Below, one piece after another: positions 40,570 to 55,808 of a stretch of DNA of 64,000 bases. The stretch lies in assembly GCA_963746845.1 (NCBI GenBank), contig CAVVCZ010000004.1, positions 960,001-1,024,000 on the forward strand, read 5' to 3'. Every line of letters begins with the position of its first letter. The first letter of the stretch is position 1. The notes below the pieces were generated by a model that did no database searches, was not told the origin of the DNA, and saw only the letters and a list, made by a program, of their open reading frames with translations. Source of the stretch: an uncultured Chloroflexia bacterium. GTDB taxonomy: Bacteria > Chloroflexota > Limnocylindria > Limnocylindrales > CSP1-4. Made by a program: the position numbers and the translations under genes.

Positions 40570-42150
40570 TCAGCGGCGGGCCAGAGCCGCGGCCCGCTCG
40601 GCCGGCGTCGGCTGGTCGGGGTCCGTCGTGAGCGCCAGCTGGGCGGGCTCCTGGTCGCGCCATGGGGCGGCCGACGTGAGTGCCTCGTAGCCGCGCGCGA
40701 GCGCGAACAGGCGCGCCTCGGACCACGCGGGGCCGATCAGCTGGAGCCCGACCGGCATCCCCTCCGACAGCCCGCACGGGATCGAGATCGCGGGTAGACC
40801 GGCCATGTTGACGGGCAGCGTGCAGGCGTCCGACAGGTACATCGCGACCGGGTCGGCCAGCTTCGCACCGAACCGGAACGCGACCGACGGCGAGGTCGGG
40901 GCGACGAGCGCGTCGAAGCCCTGCTCGAACAGCGTGTCGAAGTCCCGCTTGATCAGCGTCCGGACCTTCTGGGCCTTCACGTAGAACGCGTCGTAGTAGC
41001 CGGCGCTCAGGGCATAGGTCCCGAGCATGATCCGGCGCTTCACCTCCGGACCGAAGCCGCGACCGCGCGTCGCGAGATAGTTCGCGAGGACGTCGCGATC
41101 ACCGAGCCGCGGGCCGAACCGCACGCCGTCGTACCGGGCGAGGTTCGCCGACGCCTCCGCGGGAGCGACGATGTAGTAGGTCGCCAGCCCGTAGTCCGTG
41201 TGGGGCAGGCTGACCTCCTCGACGGTCGCGCCGGCGCCTTCCAGTGCGCTGACTGCCTCCTCGATCCGGCGTCGCGAATCGGGCTCCATGCCGTCGACGA
41301 AGTACTCCTTCGGCAGGCCGAGCCGCTTTCCCGCCAGCCCGGCGGCGGCTTCGTCGGCGCCGTCCGGGAGATGGAGGAGCTCGTCGGGGACCGGGACCGG
41401 CGCAGACGTGGAGTCGCGCTCGTCGCGGCCGGCGATCGCGTGGAGGAGCGCGGCCGCGTCGCGGACGTCGCGTGCGAACGGCCCGATCTGGTCGAGGCTG
41501 CTCGCGAACGCCACGATCCCGTAGCGCGACACGCGGCCGTAGGTCGGCTTGAGCCCGACGATCCCGGTCAGCGCAGCGGGCTGGCGGATCGAGCCGCCGG
41601 TGTCGGTCCCGATCGAGAGCGGCGCGTGGTACGCGGCGACCGCGACCGCGGACCCGCCGGACGAGCCCCCTGGCACGGTCTCGAGGTCCCACGGGTTCGC
41701 GACCGGTCCGTAGGCGCTGTGCTCGTTCGACGAGCCCATCGCGAACTCGTCCATGTTCGTCTTGCCGAGCATCACCGCCCCGACGGCCCGGAGCCGCTCG
41801 GTGATGTGGGCGTCGTACGGTGCGATGTAGCCCTCGAGGATCCGCGAGCCGGCCGTGCACTGCCCGCCGCGAACGGAGATCAGGTCCTTGAGCGCCACCG
41901 GGATGCCGAGCAGGGGGTGGGCGTCCGGCTCGACGGCCCGGAGACGCGCGTCGGCAGCGTCCGCCTGGCGGAGGGCGTCGTCGCGGTCGATCGTCAGCCA
42001 CGCGTTCAGCGCATGGTTCCCGGCTTCCGCCGCATCGAGGTGCGCGACGGTCAGCTCCCGGGACGTGACCTCGCCGGCGCGCAGGCGCTCGGCCATGGCG
42101 CGGGCCGTGAGCCGGGTCGGGTCGGCGCTCATGGTCGTGTCGGCGCTCAT
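40570..42150 (-). CDS. gatA: Asp/Glu-tRNA amidotransferase subunit A
   Basis: Amidase signature GKTNMDEFAMGSS, PGGSSGGSA, GTDTGGSIRQPA and EVKRRIMLGTYALS. Confidence 0.98.
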   Translation of the reverse strand: MSADTTMSADPTRLTARAMAERLRAGEVTSRELTVAHLDAAEAGNHALNAWLTIDRDDALRQADAADARLRAVEPDAHPLLGIPVALKDLISVRGGQCTAGSRILEGYIAPYDAHITERLRAVGAVMLGKTNMDEFAMGSSNEHSAYGPVANPWDLETVPGGSSGGSAVAVAAYHAPLSIGTDTGGSIRQPAALTGIVGLKPTYGRVSRYGIVAFASSLDQIGPFARDVRDAAALLHAIAGRDERDSTSAPVPVPDELLHLPDGADEAAAGLAGKRLGLPKEYFVDGMEPDSRRRIEEAVSALEGAGATVEEVSLPHTDYGLATYYIVAPAEASANLARYDGVRFGPRLGDRDVLANYLATRGRGFGPEVKRRIMLGTYALSAGYYDAFYVKAQKVRTLIKRDFDTLFEQGFDALVAPTSPSVAFRFGAKLADPVAMYLSDACTLPVNMAGLPAISIPCGLSEGMPVGLQLIGPAWSEARLFALARGYEALTSAAPWRDQEPAQLALTTDPDQPTPAERAAALARR

Positions 42151-42443
42151 TCGCCGGCGAGGATCGCGGGAACGACCACGTAGCCGCCGTCGGTCTCGGA
42201 GGCGTTCCGGAGGACCTCCTCGACCGGCAGCGACGGCGTCACCACGTCGTCGCGGAGGATGTTCTCGAGCTCGATCGTCTGTGCCGTCGGCGGGATGTCG
42301 TCGGTGTCGATCTCGGCGAGCTTCGCGTACTGGTCGAGGATGTGGTTGAGCTGGCCCTGGAGGCGTGCCAGCTCCTCGTCGGACAGCCCGAGGCGGGCGA
42401 GGTGGGCGACGTGCTCGACGTCGCTGCGGGACAGGCCGGACAT
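42147..42443 (-). CDS. gatC: Asp/Glu-tRNA amidotransferase subunit C
   Basis: Reads MSGLSRSDVEHVAHLARL...ILRDD...VVPAIL and overlaps the gatA start. Confidence 0.95.
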   Translation of the reverse strand: MSGLSRSDVEHVAHLARLGLSDEELARLQGQLNHILDQYAKLAEIDTDDIPPTAQTIELENILRDDVVTPSLPVEEVLRNASETDGGYVVVPAILAGE

Positions 42444-42527
42444 GGGCCCGATGATCGCACGCGCGGCCGCGGTCGCGCGTGCTTGGTACTCTCGCGAGGC
42501 GTACGCAGCCCGATCCGGAGCCACCCG

Positions 42528-42899
42528 ATGTCCGATCCAGCCGACGTCATCCTCAAGCGGTTCGAGGAGCCCGACGAGGTCCGCGAGATGCCGTTCGGAC
42601 GGTTCGAGCTGATCACGGTCGGCGGGCAGACGATCGGCCGGGCGACATACCAGCCCGGCTGGCGCTGGTCGGAGCACGTCGGGCCCGGCCTCGGGCTCGA
42701 GCGCTGTCCGGTCGAGCACGTCGGGCTCGTTCTGTCGGGCACCGCGACGGCCGCGTTCGAGGACGGCCGGGTCGTCGAGCTCCGCGCCGGCGAGATGTTC
42801 CACATCCCGCCCGTTCCGCACGACAGCTGGGTGGTGGGCGACGAACCGTACGTGTCGCTCCACCTGGCCGGCGCCGAGCACTACGCCACCGACGAGTGA
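42528..42899 (+). CDS. Cupin-domain protein
   Basis: Motifs YQPGWRWSEHV, CPVEHVGLVLSG and PHDSWVVGDEP. Confidence 0.85.
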   Translation: MSDPADVILKRFEEPDEVREMPFGRFELITVGGQTIGRATYQPGWRWSEHVGPGLGLERCPVEHVGLVLSGTATAAFEDGRVVELRAGEMFHIPPVPHDSWVVGDEPYVSLHLAGAEHYATDE

Positions 42900-43113
42900 G
42901 CCTGCGTGTGTTCCGCGGGGCGGCACGCCGGAAACCGGACCGAGGTTTGCCCACGTTTCCCAGGCAGACCGGTCGGAGGCTGCTGCCCGACCGGTCCGTC
43001 CTGATGGCCACTCCCGAGTCCCACGACCTCATGCCGTCAGGTTCCGCCCTGACGGCGATCACATCGTCGACGGTCCGGCCGGATGTCGTCGTGGACCGCA
43101 CGACGAGGGGGCC

Positions 43114-43962
43114 ATGACGATCGCCAGCCAGCTGATCCGACCGATGACCGCAGCCGACCCCGAGCCCGCCGCCGACGTGCTCCGTCGCGGCGACTTCGGC
43201 GAGCGCCTCGGCTTCTTCCAGTGGGCGATCACCCAGCCCACGATCACGTCGTTCGTCGCCGAGGACGACGGCCGGATCATCGGGACCGGGGTCGCGTCGG
43301 TCCACGGGGGCGCCGGCTGGGTCGGGGTGATCTTCGTCGACGCGGCGTACCGCGGCAGCGGGCTTGGGCGCCGGATCACCCGGACGGTCGTCGATCACCT
43401 CGAGACGCACGGTGTCCGCTCGATGGTCCTGATCGCGTCGCCGATGGGCCGTCCGATCTACGAGCGCGAGGGGTTCCGGGCCTTCGAGCGCCAGGTCCGG
43501 TTCACGATCGACGGGCTGTCCCCCGCCGAGACGCCGCCGGACCCCCGGCTCCGCCCGTTCGCCCCGAGCGATCTCGACGCGCTGATCGCGCTGGACCGAA
43601 CGGTGACCGGCGAGGACCGCAGCACCGTCCTCCGGGCGCTCGTCGACACGACCACGACGACGGTCGCCCTCGGCTCGGATCGCCGGGTCCGCGGCTATGC
43701 GACCCGGTCCCCGTGGCGGGGCGGCGCGGTGATCGCGCCCGACCCGGACGACGCGCTCCGGCTGCTCGAGCGGCGGCGCCACACCACGGGTTTGAGCGGC
43801 AAGGCCGGCGCCGGCGTCCTGGAGAGCAACGCGGTCGGCCGCGCGCGGCTGCGCGAGGCGGGCTGGACGGAGGAGCTGGGCGGCGTCCGGATGATCCGCG
43901 GCGAGGCGCTCGACTGGACGCCGAACGGCATCTGGGGCCAGTTCAACGGGGCCCTGGGCTAG
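43114..43962 (+). CDS. GNAT-family N-acetyltransferase
   Basis: Acetyl-CoA motif VDAAYRGSGLGRRI and GRPIYEREGF, with a second degenerate GNAT-like domain. Confidence 0.88.
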   Translation: MTIASQLIRPMTAADPEPAADVLRRGDFGERLGFFQWAITQPTITSFVAEDDGRIIGTGVASVHGGAGWVGVIFVDAAYRGSGLGRRITRTVVDHLETHGVRSMVLIASPMGRPIYEREGFRAFERQVRFTIDGLSPAETPPDPRLRPFAPSDLDALIALDRTVTGEDRSTVLRALVDTTTTTVALGSDRRVRGYATRSPWRGGAVIAPDPDDALRLLERRRHTTGLSGKAGAGVLESNAVGRARLREAGWTEELGGVRMIRGEALDWTPNGIWGQFNGALG

Positions 43963-44017
43963 CTCGATGCGCCGCCGGCCACCCGCGCGTTTTCCGCGCG
44001 CGCCGTCCGCGCGGAAA

Positions 44018-44473
44018 GGCTCAAACGACAGCCACCTGCGCCTCAGCGACTCCGGTCGCTCCTCGAGCGCGGGTTCGTTAGCCGGCGGAGGCTGACCCCG
44101 GCCAGATTCCGGCCAGAGTCCGGCCGGACTCCTCCACCCGTGATGGATATGGTCGTGGTGGCTGTCGAATGCGTCACTCGTAGTCCGGGGCTCCGTTCAG
44201 ACCGGCCCGGAGGCCGGGCGCCGGGCTGTCCGGTCCCTGGTTCGTCTCCCACGTGGCCGTGACACACGCAACGACCCGGGCCGGCCACGGTTTCGAAGGC
44301 TGCGAGCGTGGCCCGGCCGTTCGAGGTTCTCGCACGTGGCGGAGGCACCCGAGACGAGACGCACGATCGTTCGTGCGTGGATCTGACACACGCACGACAA
44401 CACCAGCGGACCGAATTCGCCCGGATTCGGCCGCCCGGAGATGCATCCGGGCGTCCTGGCTGTCGATTGAGCC
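44018..44473. repeat. Non-coding element bounded by 17-bp inverted repeats (MITE/REP-like or structured RNA)
   Basis: GGCTCAAACGACAGCCA (44018-44034) matches the reverse complement of TGGCTGTCGATTGAGCC (44457-44473) at 16/17 positions. There is an internal third copy and several nested stems. Confidence 0.6.
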
Positions 44474-44485
44474 GTGTTCGGCCCG

Positions 44486-44878
44486 TCAGTCGCGGGTGAC
44501 GGCGGTCAGGTTGACCGTCAGGAGGATGCCCGGCTTCGGCAGCTCTGCGACGCCGATCACCGTCCGGGCCGGGCGGTGGCTGCCCATCCGCTCGGTGTAG
44601 GCCGCGTTCATTGCCTCGAAATCGGTCATGTGCAGCAGGAAGACCGTGACGTGGACGACGTGATCGAGATCCGATCCGACGGATTCCAGCATCACCCCGA
44701 CGTTGTCGATGATCTGGAGCGTCTGGCTCCCGACGTCCTCGCCGGCGAGCGCGCCGGTTGAGGGATCGACGCCGGCGCTGGCGCCGATCGTGATCGACGA
44801 CCCGACCTTCGCGATGTGGTGGTATGGCCCGATCGGGGTGGGCGTGTTCGGCGGGGTGCTGGTCTCGACTTTCGGCAT
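44486..44878 (-). CDS. RidA/YjgF-family protein
   Basis: Motifs PIGPYHH, DFEAMNAAY and PARTVIGVAELP. Confidence 0.9.
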   Translation of the reverse strand: MPKVETSTPPNTPTPIGPYHHIAKVGSSITIGASAGVDPSTGALAGEDVGSQTLQIIDNVGVMLESVGSDLDHVVHVTVFLLHMTDFEAMNAAYTERMGSHRPARTVIGVAELPKPGILLTVNLTAVTRD

Positions 44879-44890
44879 CCGGGGCTCCCT

Positions 44891-50417
<5,527 letters not shown>

Positions 50418-50434
<17 letters not shown>

Positions 50435-50795
50435 ACCGACGGTCCGGCCAGTCGGCGATGTCGTCGGGCGGCATCGGGAGGACCTCGATGAACCCGTTGA
50501 CCGGACGCGGGTTGCCTCGCCCGCGACGCGGCGGTGGGTCCACCCGGTAGCGGTACCCCACCGGATGCCCATCGGGCGTCCGCATGTAGAACCCGTCGCC
50601 GTCGATGCGGAAGAACCACTGCTCGCCGTCGACCACGAGGCGGCGACCGTCCTTCCGGACCGCGAACGCGGCGCCGATGGACAGCGTCCAGGGATCGAGA
50701 CCGAGCGGGTTCGGGGCGAGCGTCAGGGCCGGAATCAATCTCCCCGAGAGATCGGCGGCAGCCGAAGCCGGGAGACGACGCGGCGCGAGTCGCAA
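50418..50795 (-). CDS. Hypothetical protein (start uncertain)
   Basis: Aromatic, beta-rich segment RLVVDGEQWFFRIDGDGFYMRTPDGHPVGYRYRV looks like real coding sequence. No family recognised. Confidence 0.45.
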
Positions 50796-50891
50796 CTCGA
50801 CTCGGATCCGGTGGCGACACGCTTGGCAAGGTGCCGAATCGCAACCTGGATGAGCGTGCAGGAGGCCAGACTGAGTCGAGATGCGACTCAG
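50787..50891. repeat. REP-like inverted pair of palindromes
   Basis: GAGTCGCAACTCGACTCGG (50787-50805) matches the reverse complement of CTGAGTCGAGATGCGACTC (50871-50889) at 17/19 positions. Each unit is itself a hairpin. Confidence 0.6.
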
Positions 50892-50910
50892 CCGGCCCGG
50901 ACGCGGCGCC

Positions 50911-51771
50911 TCAGCGGAGCTCCGCGAGCTCCTTCTCGGAGACCTCCTCGGGTCGTTTGCCCATGATGATCATCGCCAGGACCTCGTCCTTGGTCACCTT
51001 GTTCTTCTCGACCACGCCGACGAGGTGGCCGAGGTGCATGACCGCGATCCGGTCCGACAGGTCGAACACGTCGTGGATGTCGTGACTGATCAGGAAGATC
51101 GCGATCCCCTCGTTCTTCAGCTGCGCGACGAGGTCGCGGACCTGCGCAGTCTCCTGCGGGCCGAGGGCCGCGGTGGGCTCGTCCATGATCAGGATCCGGG
51201 CGTTGAACTCGATGGCCCGCCCGATCGCGATCGACTGGCGCTGGCCGCCGGACAGGGACTTCACAGGCACCTTGAAGTTCTTGAACCGGGGGTTCAGACG
51301 GCCGATCACCTTCCGGGTCGCGGACTCCATAGCCGCGTCATTGAGCGATCCGAAGCGAGTCCGCAGCTCCCGGCCGAGGAAGACATTGCCCGAGGCGTCG
51401 ATGTTGTCGGCCAGGGCCAGCGTCTGGTAGATCGTCTCGATCCCGTAGTTCTTGGCGTCGCGCGGGTTGGAGATCGAGACGGTCTTGCCGTCGATGAGGA
51501 TCTCGCCGGAGTCGGGCGGACGGGCGCCGGACAGGGCCCGCATGAGCGTCGACTTGCCGGCGCCGTTGCCGCCGACGAGGCCGACGACCTCGCCCGGGTG
51601 GAGGTCGATCGTGACGTCGTTCACCGCGTGGACGCCGCCGAAGGCGATCTTGATGTTGCGCATCTCGACGATCGGCGCCGACGCCGCCGCCGGCGCGGCC
51701 GGAGCGGGCGACGGAGCCGGATCCGCCGGCGCCTCGGACGGGACCTGGGGGGTGCCGTTGGTCTCGGTCAT
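50911..51771 (-). CDS. xylG: Xylose ABC ATP-binding protein (single NBD)
   Basis: Motifs [16 protein letters not shown] and IMDEPT; overlaps the permease stop. Confidence 0.85.
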   Translation of the reverse strand: MTETNGTPQVPSEAPADPAPSPAPAAPAAASAPIVEMRNIKIAFGGVHAVNDVTIDLHPGEVVGLVGGNGAGKSTLMRALSGARPPDSGEILIDGKTVSISNPRDAKNYGIETIYQTLALADNIDASGNVFLGRELRTRFGSLNDAAMESATRKVIGRLNPRFKNFKVPVKSLSGGQRQSIAIGRAIEFNARILIMDEPTAALGPQETAQVRDLVAQLKNEGIAIFLISHDIHDVFDLSDRIAVMHLGHLVGVVEKNKVTKDEVLAMIIMGKRPEEVSEKELAELR

Positions 51772-53105
51772 CGTGCCGACCTCCGCCGCAGGTAGGAATC
51801 GAGGCCGACGACCGCGACGAGGACGATGCCCACGACGACGTCCTGTGTCGGCGAGTCGACGTTCAGCAGCAGCATCCCCGAGCGAAGCGACTGCATGACG
51901 ACCGCACCGAGGATCGCCCCGGCGATCGTCCCGATCCCACCGGCGAACGACGTGCCGCCGATGACCGCGGCTGCGATCACGTCCAGCTCGGCCTGGACGC
52001 CGAGGTTCGTCGTCGCGCCGTTCAGGCGCGCGGTCTGGATCGCCGCGCTGATCGCAACGAGGATCCCCATGAGCGCGAAGGTGAACATCACGGTCCGACG
52101 CGTGTTGATGCCGCCCAGCTCGGCGGCCTCCGGGTTCCCGCCGAGGGCGTAGACGTACCGGCCGAACCGCCGGCGGGTCGCGATGATCGTCATCACGAGA
52201 CCCACGCCGATCAGGATCAGGACCGGGTACGCCACGCCGACCGGCACGATCAGGCCGCCCGGCGGCTCGGTGATTCCGTGCTCCGCGGCGTACTGGGTCG
52301 CGACGAGCGGCGGCAGCGGGTAGCTGTTCAGGAACCAGACCGCCCCGAGGACCGCTCCGCAGCCGACGACCCCGACGAGCACCTCGGCCCACATCGGCCG
52401 GACCTGGAAGCCGTATTTCCGGCGCCGACGCCGGCCGCTCAACAGCGTGTAGATGATGCCCGCACAGATCACGATCCCGAGAACCCAGCTGGCGGTCGCG
52501 CCGAGGGCGCCGACGCGGACGCCTCCCGCCGTGACCGTCCCGGCGCCGAGCATCTGGAAGGTCTCGTCGAGCGGGGCGATGGTCTGGCCCTTCGCGTACT
52601 GGAAGATCAAACCGCGCCAGACCAGGAACCCGCCGAGCGTCACGATGAACGCGGGAACACCGCCGTACGAGACGATGAAGCCGGTGAAGCACCCGAGCAG
52701 CGCGCCGAGCGCGATCCCGATCGCCAGCGCCGCAACGAACATGAACGGCCAGTCGTAGCCGAGTCCAAGACCGTTCGGCAGCCAGTCGGACTGGGCCATC
52801 GCCATCGTGTAGCCGACGAACCCGAGCATCGAGCCGATCGACAGGTCGATGTTCCGGGACACGATGATCAGGACCATGCCCGTCGCCATGATCGCGGTCG
52901 AGGAGCTCTGGACCGAGAGGTTCCAGATGTTGCGGGGCGTGATGTACGTCCCGCCCGAGGCGAGGTTGAACCCGATCCAGATCGCGGCGAGCAGGGCGAG
53001 CAACCCGAACAGTCGGGTGTCGATCTCGGTCGCGGCCAGCAGTGTTCGGAACGACCGCGGCGCGGATTGCGCGGCGCTGGTCTGGGGGGCCGAAGCCTGA
53101 GTCAT
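51768..53105 (-). CDS. xylH: Xylose ABC permease
   Basis: Motifs [18 protein letters not shown] and [14 protein letters not shown]. Confidence 0.88.
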   Translation of the reverse strand: MTQASAPQTSAAQSAPRSFRTLLAATEIDTRLFGLLALLAAIWIGFNLASGGTYITPRNIWNLSVQSSSTAIMATGMVLIIVSRNIDLSIGSMLGFVGYTMAMAQSDWLPNGLGLGYDWPFMFVAALAIGIALGALLGCFTGFIVSYGGVPAFIVTLGGFLVWRGLIFQYAKGQTIAPLDETFQMLGAGTVTAGGVRVGALGATASWVLGIVICAGIIYTLLSGRRRRRKYGFQVRPMWAEVLVGVVGCGAVLGAVWFLNSYPLPPLVATQYAAEHGITEPPGGLIVPVGVAYPVLILIGVGLVMTIIATRRRFGRYVYALGGNPEAAELGGINTRRTVMFTFALMGILVAISAAIQTARLNGATTNLGVQAELDVIAAAVIGGTSFAGGIGTIAGAILGAVVMQSLRSGMLLLNVDSPTQDVVVGIVLVAVVGLDSYLRRRSAR

Positions 53106-53150
53106 CGTGCAGCCTCGCCTGCTCGGTCCTGGACGAATCGCACTATACGG

Positions 53151-53187
53151 AAACGCCCTGCGCCCGGCGGAGCCGGAGCGCAGGGCG
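53151..53187 (-). terminator. Hairpin between xylF and xylH
   Basis: CGCCCTGCGC/GCGCAGGGCG stem with inner CCGGC/GCCGG, followed by TTT on the minus strand. Confidence 0.7.
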
Positions 53188-53219
53188 AGAGCGGTCGGGG
53201 TTGAGCGTGGACGGGTCCG

Positions 53220-54341
53220 CTAGCAGCCCTTGACGGAGCCGGCGGTCACGTCCTTGCAGAGATCGGCCTTCGTGATCCACCCGGCGTCGAGAACGACGTT
53301 CAGGTTGTCCTTCGTGATCGGGGCCGGCGTGAGCAGGATCGAGTTGATGTCGTTCCCGCCCGGGGTGTGGAACTTGGCGGCGCCGGCGACGGCGTCGACC
53401 TTGGTCCCGTTGCACAGCTGCGCGGCGACCTGGGCGGCCGTCGTGCCGAGGATCCGGGCATCCTTCCAGACGTCGACCGTCTGGGTCCCGAGCGCGACCC
53501 GGTTCAGGGCCGGCTTGTCGCCGTCCTGGCCGGACACCGGCACCTTGCCCGCGAGACCCTGGGCCTGGAGGGCGGCGATCGCGCCACCGGCCATGCCGTC
53601 GTTCTCCACGAACGCGATGTCGATCTTGTTGCTGTTGGCCGTCAGGAACTGCTCCATCGACGTCTGGGCGTTCTTGGGATCCCAGTTGTCGGTGTAGCTC
53701 TCGCCGACGTTCTTCAACTTGTCGTTCGACTGACCCGCCTCCGGGAGGCCCGCCTGAACCATGCCCTGGCGCAGGAAGTCGGCGTTGGCGTCGGCCTTGT
53801 TGCCCTTGATGACGACGTAGTTGCCGGCGTCCTTGAGCTTCAAGAGCGCCTCGGCCTGCATCTTGCCGACGAGGACGTTGTCGAAGGTGATGTAGAACGC
53901 GGCCGGATCCTCGATCAGGCGGTCATACGCGATGACCGGGACCCCCGCCTGGAGCGCCTTCGCGACGGACGGCTTGATGGCCGTGCCGTCCTGGGCGAGG
54001 ATGATCAGGACCTTCGCGCCCTGCGAGATCAGGTTGTCCACGTTGGTCGCCTGGGTCTCGGCCGACGACTTGGCGTCGTTCGAGATGTACTTCGCCCCGG
54101 CGGCGGTCAGGACGTTCTTGATCGCGGGCTCATCCCACTTGGCCCAGCGCTCCTCCTGGTAGTTGTTCCACGAAACGCCGACGGTGCAGCCGTTGGCCGC
54201 GACGACGCTCGGGGCGGGCGACCCGCCACCGCTGCCTCCACCGCCGCTCGCGGCGGGGCTGGGCGTCGCGGAGCTGTTGCACGCGCTGACGATGAGGCCG
54301 GCGACGGCAACCGCCGACGCCAACTTCCGACTGAAGTTCAT
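53220..54341 (-). CDS. xylF: Xylose ABC substrate-binding lipoprotein
   Basis: Lipobox IVSAC; motifs QEERW, VIAYDRLI, YITFDN, VSGQDGD and QTVDVWKD; GAGGAGG SD. Confidence 0.88.
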   Translation of the reverse strand: MNFSRKLASAVAVAGLIVSACNSSATPSPAASGGGGSGGGSPAPSVVAANGCTVGVSWNNYQEERWAKWDEPAIKNVLTAAGAKYISNDAKSSAETQATNVDNLISQGAKVLIILAQDGTAIKPSVAKALQAGVPVIAYDRLIEDPAAFYITFDNVLVGKMQAEALLKLKDAGNYVVIKGNKADANADFLRQGMVQAGLPEAGQSNDKLKNVGESYTDNWDPKNAQTSMEQFLTANSNKIDIAFVENDGMAGGAIAALQAQGLAGKVPVSGQDGDKPALNRVALGTQTVDVWKDARILGTTAAQVAAQLCNGTKVDAVAGAAKFHTPGGNDINSILLTPAPITKDNLNVVLDAGWITKADLCKDVTAGSVKGC

Positions 54342-54450
54342 CCAATTCTTCCTCCTCAAGAGACCCGGTCCCGGCAAGAACGTCGAAGTCCCGCGCTAGG
54401 CTACTCTCCTCCTCAAGTCTCTTCACGACGCCTGTGCGTCGTGCCCGACG

Positions 54451-55686
54451 TCATGCGCTTGCGCGCTCCAACAGGCCGATCCGCGGCCGCAACCAGCGGG
54501 CCGGGTCGGACAGGAATGGTTCGAAGGCAATCTCGGCGGCGCCGAGGATCGGTGCGTCGTCGCCGAGCGCCGCGGGTGCGAGGGCGAGGACCTCGCGCGA
54601 CGCGCGGAGGGCGTGACGGCGGAGCTCCGCGGCGACTGCGTCCTCGATGAACGGATAGAGGCGCTCGAACAGGCCGCCGAACACGACGAGCCGCGGGTTC
54701 AGGACGTTCACGAGGCCCGCGAGCCCGCGGCCCGTCCAGCGCCCGACCTCGTCGAGCGCGGCGAGCGCGATCGGATCGCCCGCGGCCGCATCCCGGAGAA
54801 CGGCATCGACGCCCGCGGTCCCCTCGTCGGCCGGCCGGCCGGCCCGCCGCAGCAGGGCCGCGGCGCCGATCTCGGTCTCCCAGCAGCCCGTCGAGCCGCA
54901 GCCGCACGCCACGCCGTCCGGGTTCACCGGCATGTGCCCGAGCTCGCCGCCGTAGCCGGCAACACCGGTGAGCAGCTGGCCGTCGACGAGGATTCCGCCG
55001 CCGACGCCGACCTCACCCGTCAGGTACAGGACCTGGTCGGCGCCGCGCGCCGCACCGCGTCGGGCCTCGGCGAGTGCACCGAGATCGGCCTCGTTCGCCA
55101 CCCGGATCGGCACGTTCAGGTCGAGGGCCGCCCGCAGCCGGTCACCGAGCGCGACCTCCGTCCAGCCGAGGTTCGGGGCCATCCACACGAACCCGTCCGA
55201 TCGTCGGACGACTCCGGCGACGGCGACACCGACCCCGATCAGGGCATCGCGACCACCGGTCTCGTCCAGGACGCGGTCGGCGAGCTCGGCCAGGTCGGCG
55301 GAGATGTCCTCGACCGAGCGGTGATCGCGCGGACGCTCGATCCGGTGCTCGCGGAGGATGACGCCGCCGAGGCCGATCACGGCCGCCGCGAGCGTGTCGA
55401 CCGCGACCTCGAGGGCGAGGACGACGATCCGGCCCGCCTCGGGCCGGACGAGCGGCGACGGCCGGCCGGGCAGGCCGAGCGGCACCGCGCGCTCCTCCGT
55501 CACGAGGCCAGCAGTGGCGAACTCGCCGATCAGACCGCGGATCGCGCTGCGGGTCAGACCGGTCCGGGCGACGAGCTCCGAGCGCGACAGCGAGCCGCGC
55601 ACGTGCAACTCGCGGACGATGGCGCTCAGGTTGGCACGACGAACAGTCTCGCTGCGCTGGCCGACGGAGTCGGCGGGAACGGTCAC
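54451..55686 (-). CDS. ROK-family transcriptional regulator (XylR-like)
   Basis: wHTH SRSELVARTGLTRSAI, GRPS, NEADLGALAE and GELGH...CGCGSTGCWE. Start uncertain (55686 or 55710). Confidence 0.93.
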   Translation of the reverse strand: MTVPADSVGQRSETVRRANLSAIVRELHVRGSLSRSELVARTGLTRSAIRGLIGEFATAGLVTEERAVPLGLPGRPSPLVRPEAGRIVVLALEVAVDTLAAAVIGLGGVILREHRIERPRDHRSVEDISADLAELADRVLDETGGRDALIGVGVAVAGVVRRSDGFVWMAPNLGWTEVALGDRLRAALDLNVPIRVANEADLGALAEARRGAARGADQVLYLTGEVGVGGGILVDGQLLTGVAGYGGELGHMPVNPDGVACGCGSTGCWETEIGAAALLRRAGRPADEGTAGVDAVLRDAAAGDPIALAALDEVGRWTGRGLAGLVNVLNPRLVVFGGLFERLYPFIEDAVAAELRRHALRASREVLALAPAALGDDAPILGAAEIAFEPFLSDPARWLRPRIGLLERASA

Positions 55687-55690
55687 CGAG

Positions 55691-55750
55691 TTTGTCAACC
55701 TCTTGTCCAAATGGTTGTGCTAGCGTGTGGCATGACCGTTGCAGTGTCAA
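55691..55750 (-). promoter_or_regulatory. Putative ROK gene promoter and operator
   Basis: Minus-strand TTGACA (55750-55745)-N17-CACGCT, followed by TTTGT-N11-CCAAA (55691-55711). Confidence 0.6.
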
Positions 55751-55808
55751 GGCGCCCACCGTTCAGGACGGTTGCGCTCGAGGTGGGCGGAGGAGGCGCA
55801 CGGCCCGG

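Noticed and set aside
44018-44473. tmRNA, RNase P, SRP or CRISPR identity for the structured element
   Set aside because: No GAGGAAAGUCC, no tRNA-like ends, no SRP loop motif and no regularly spaced repeat-spacer units.
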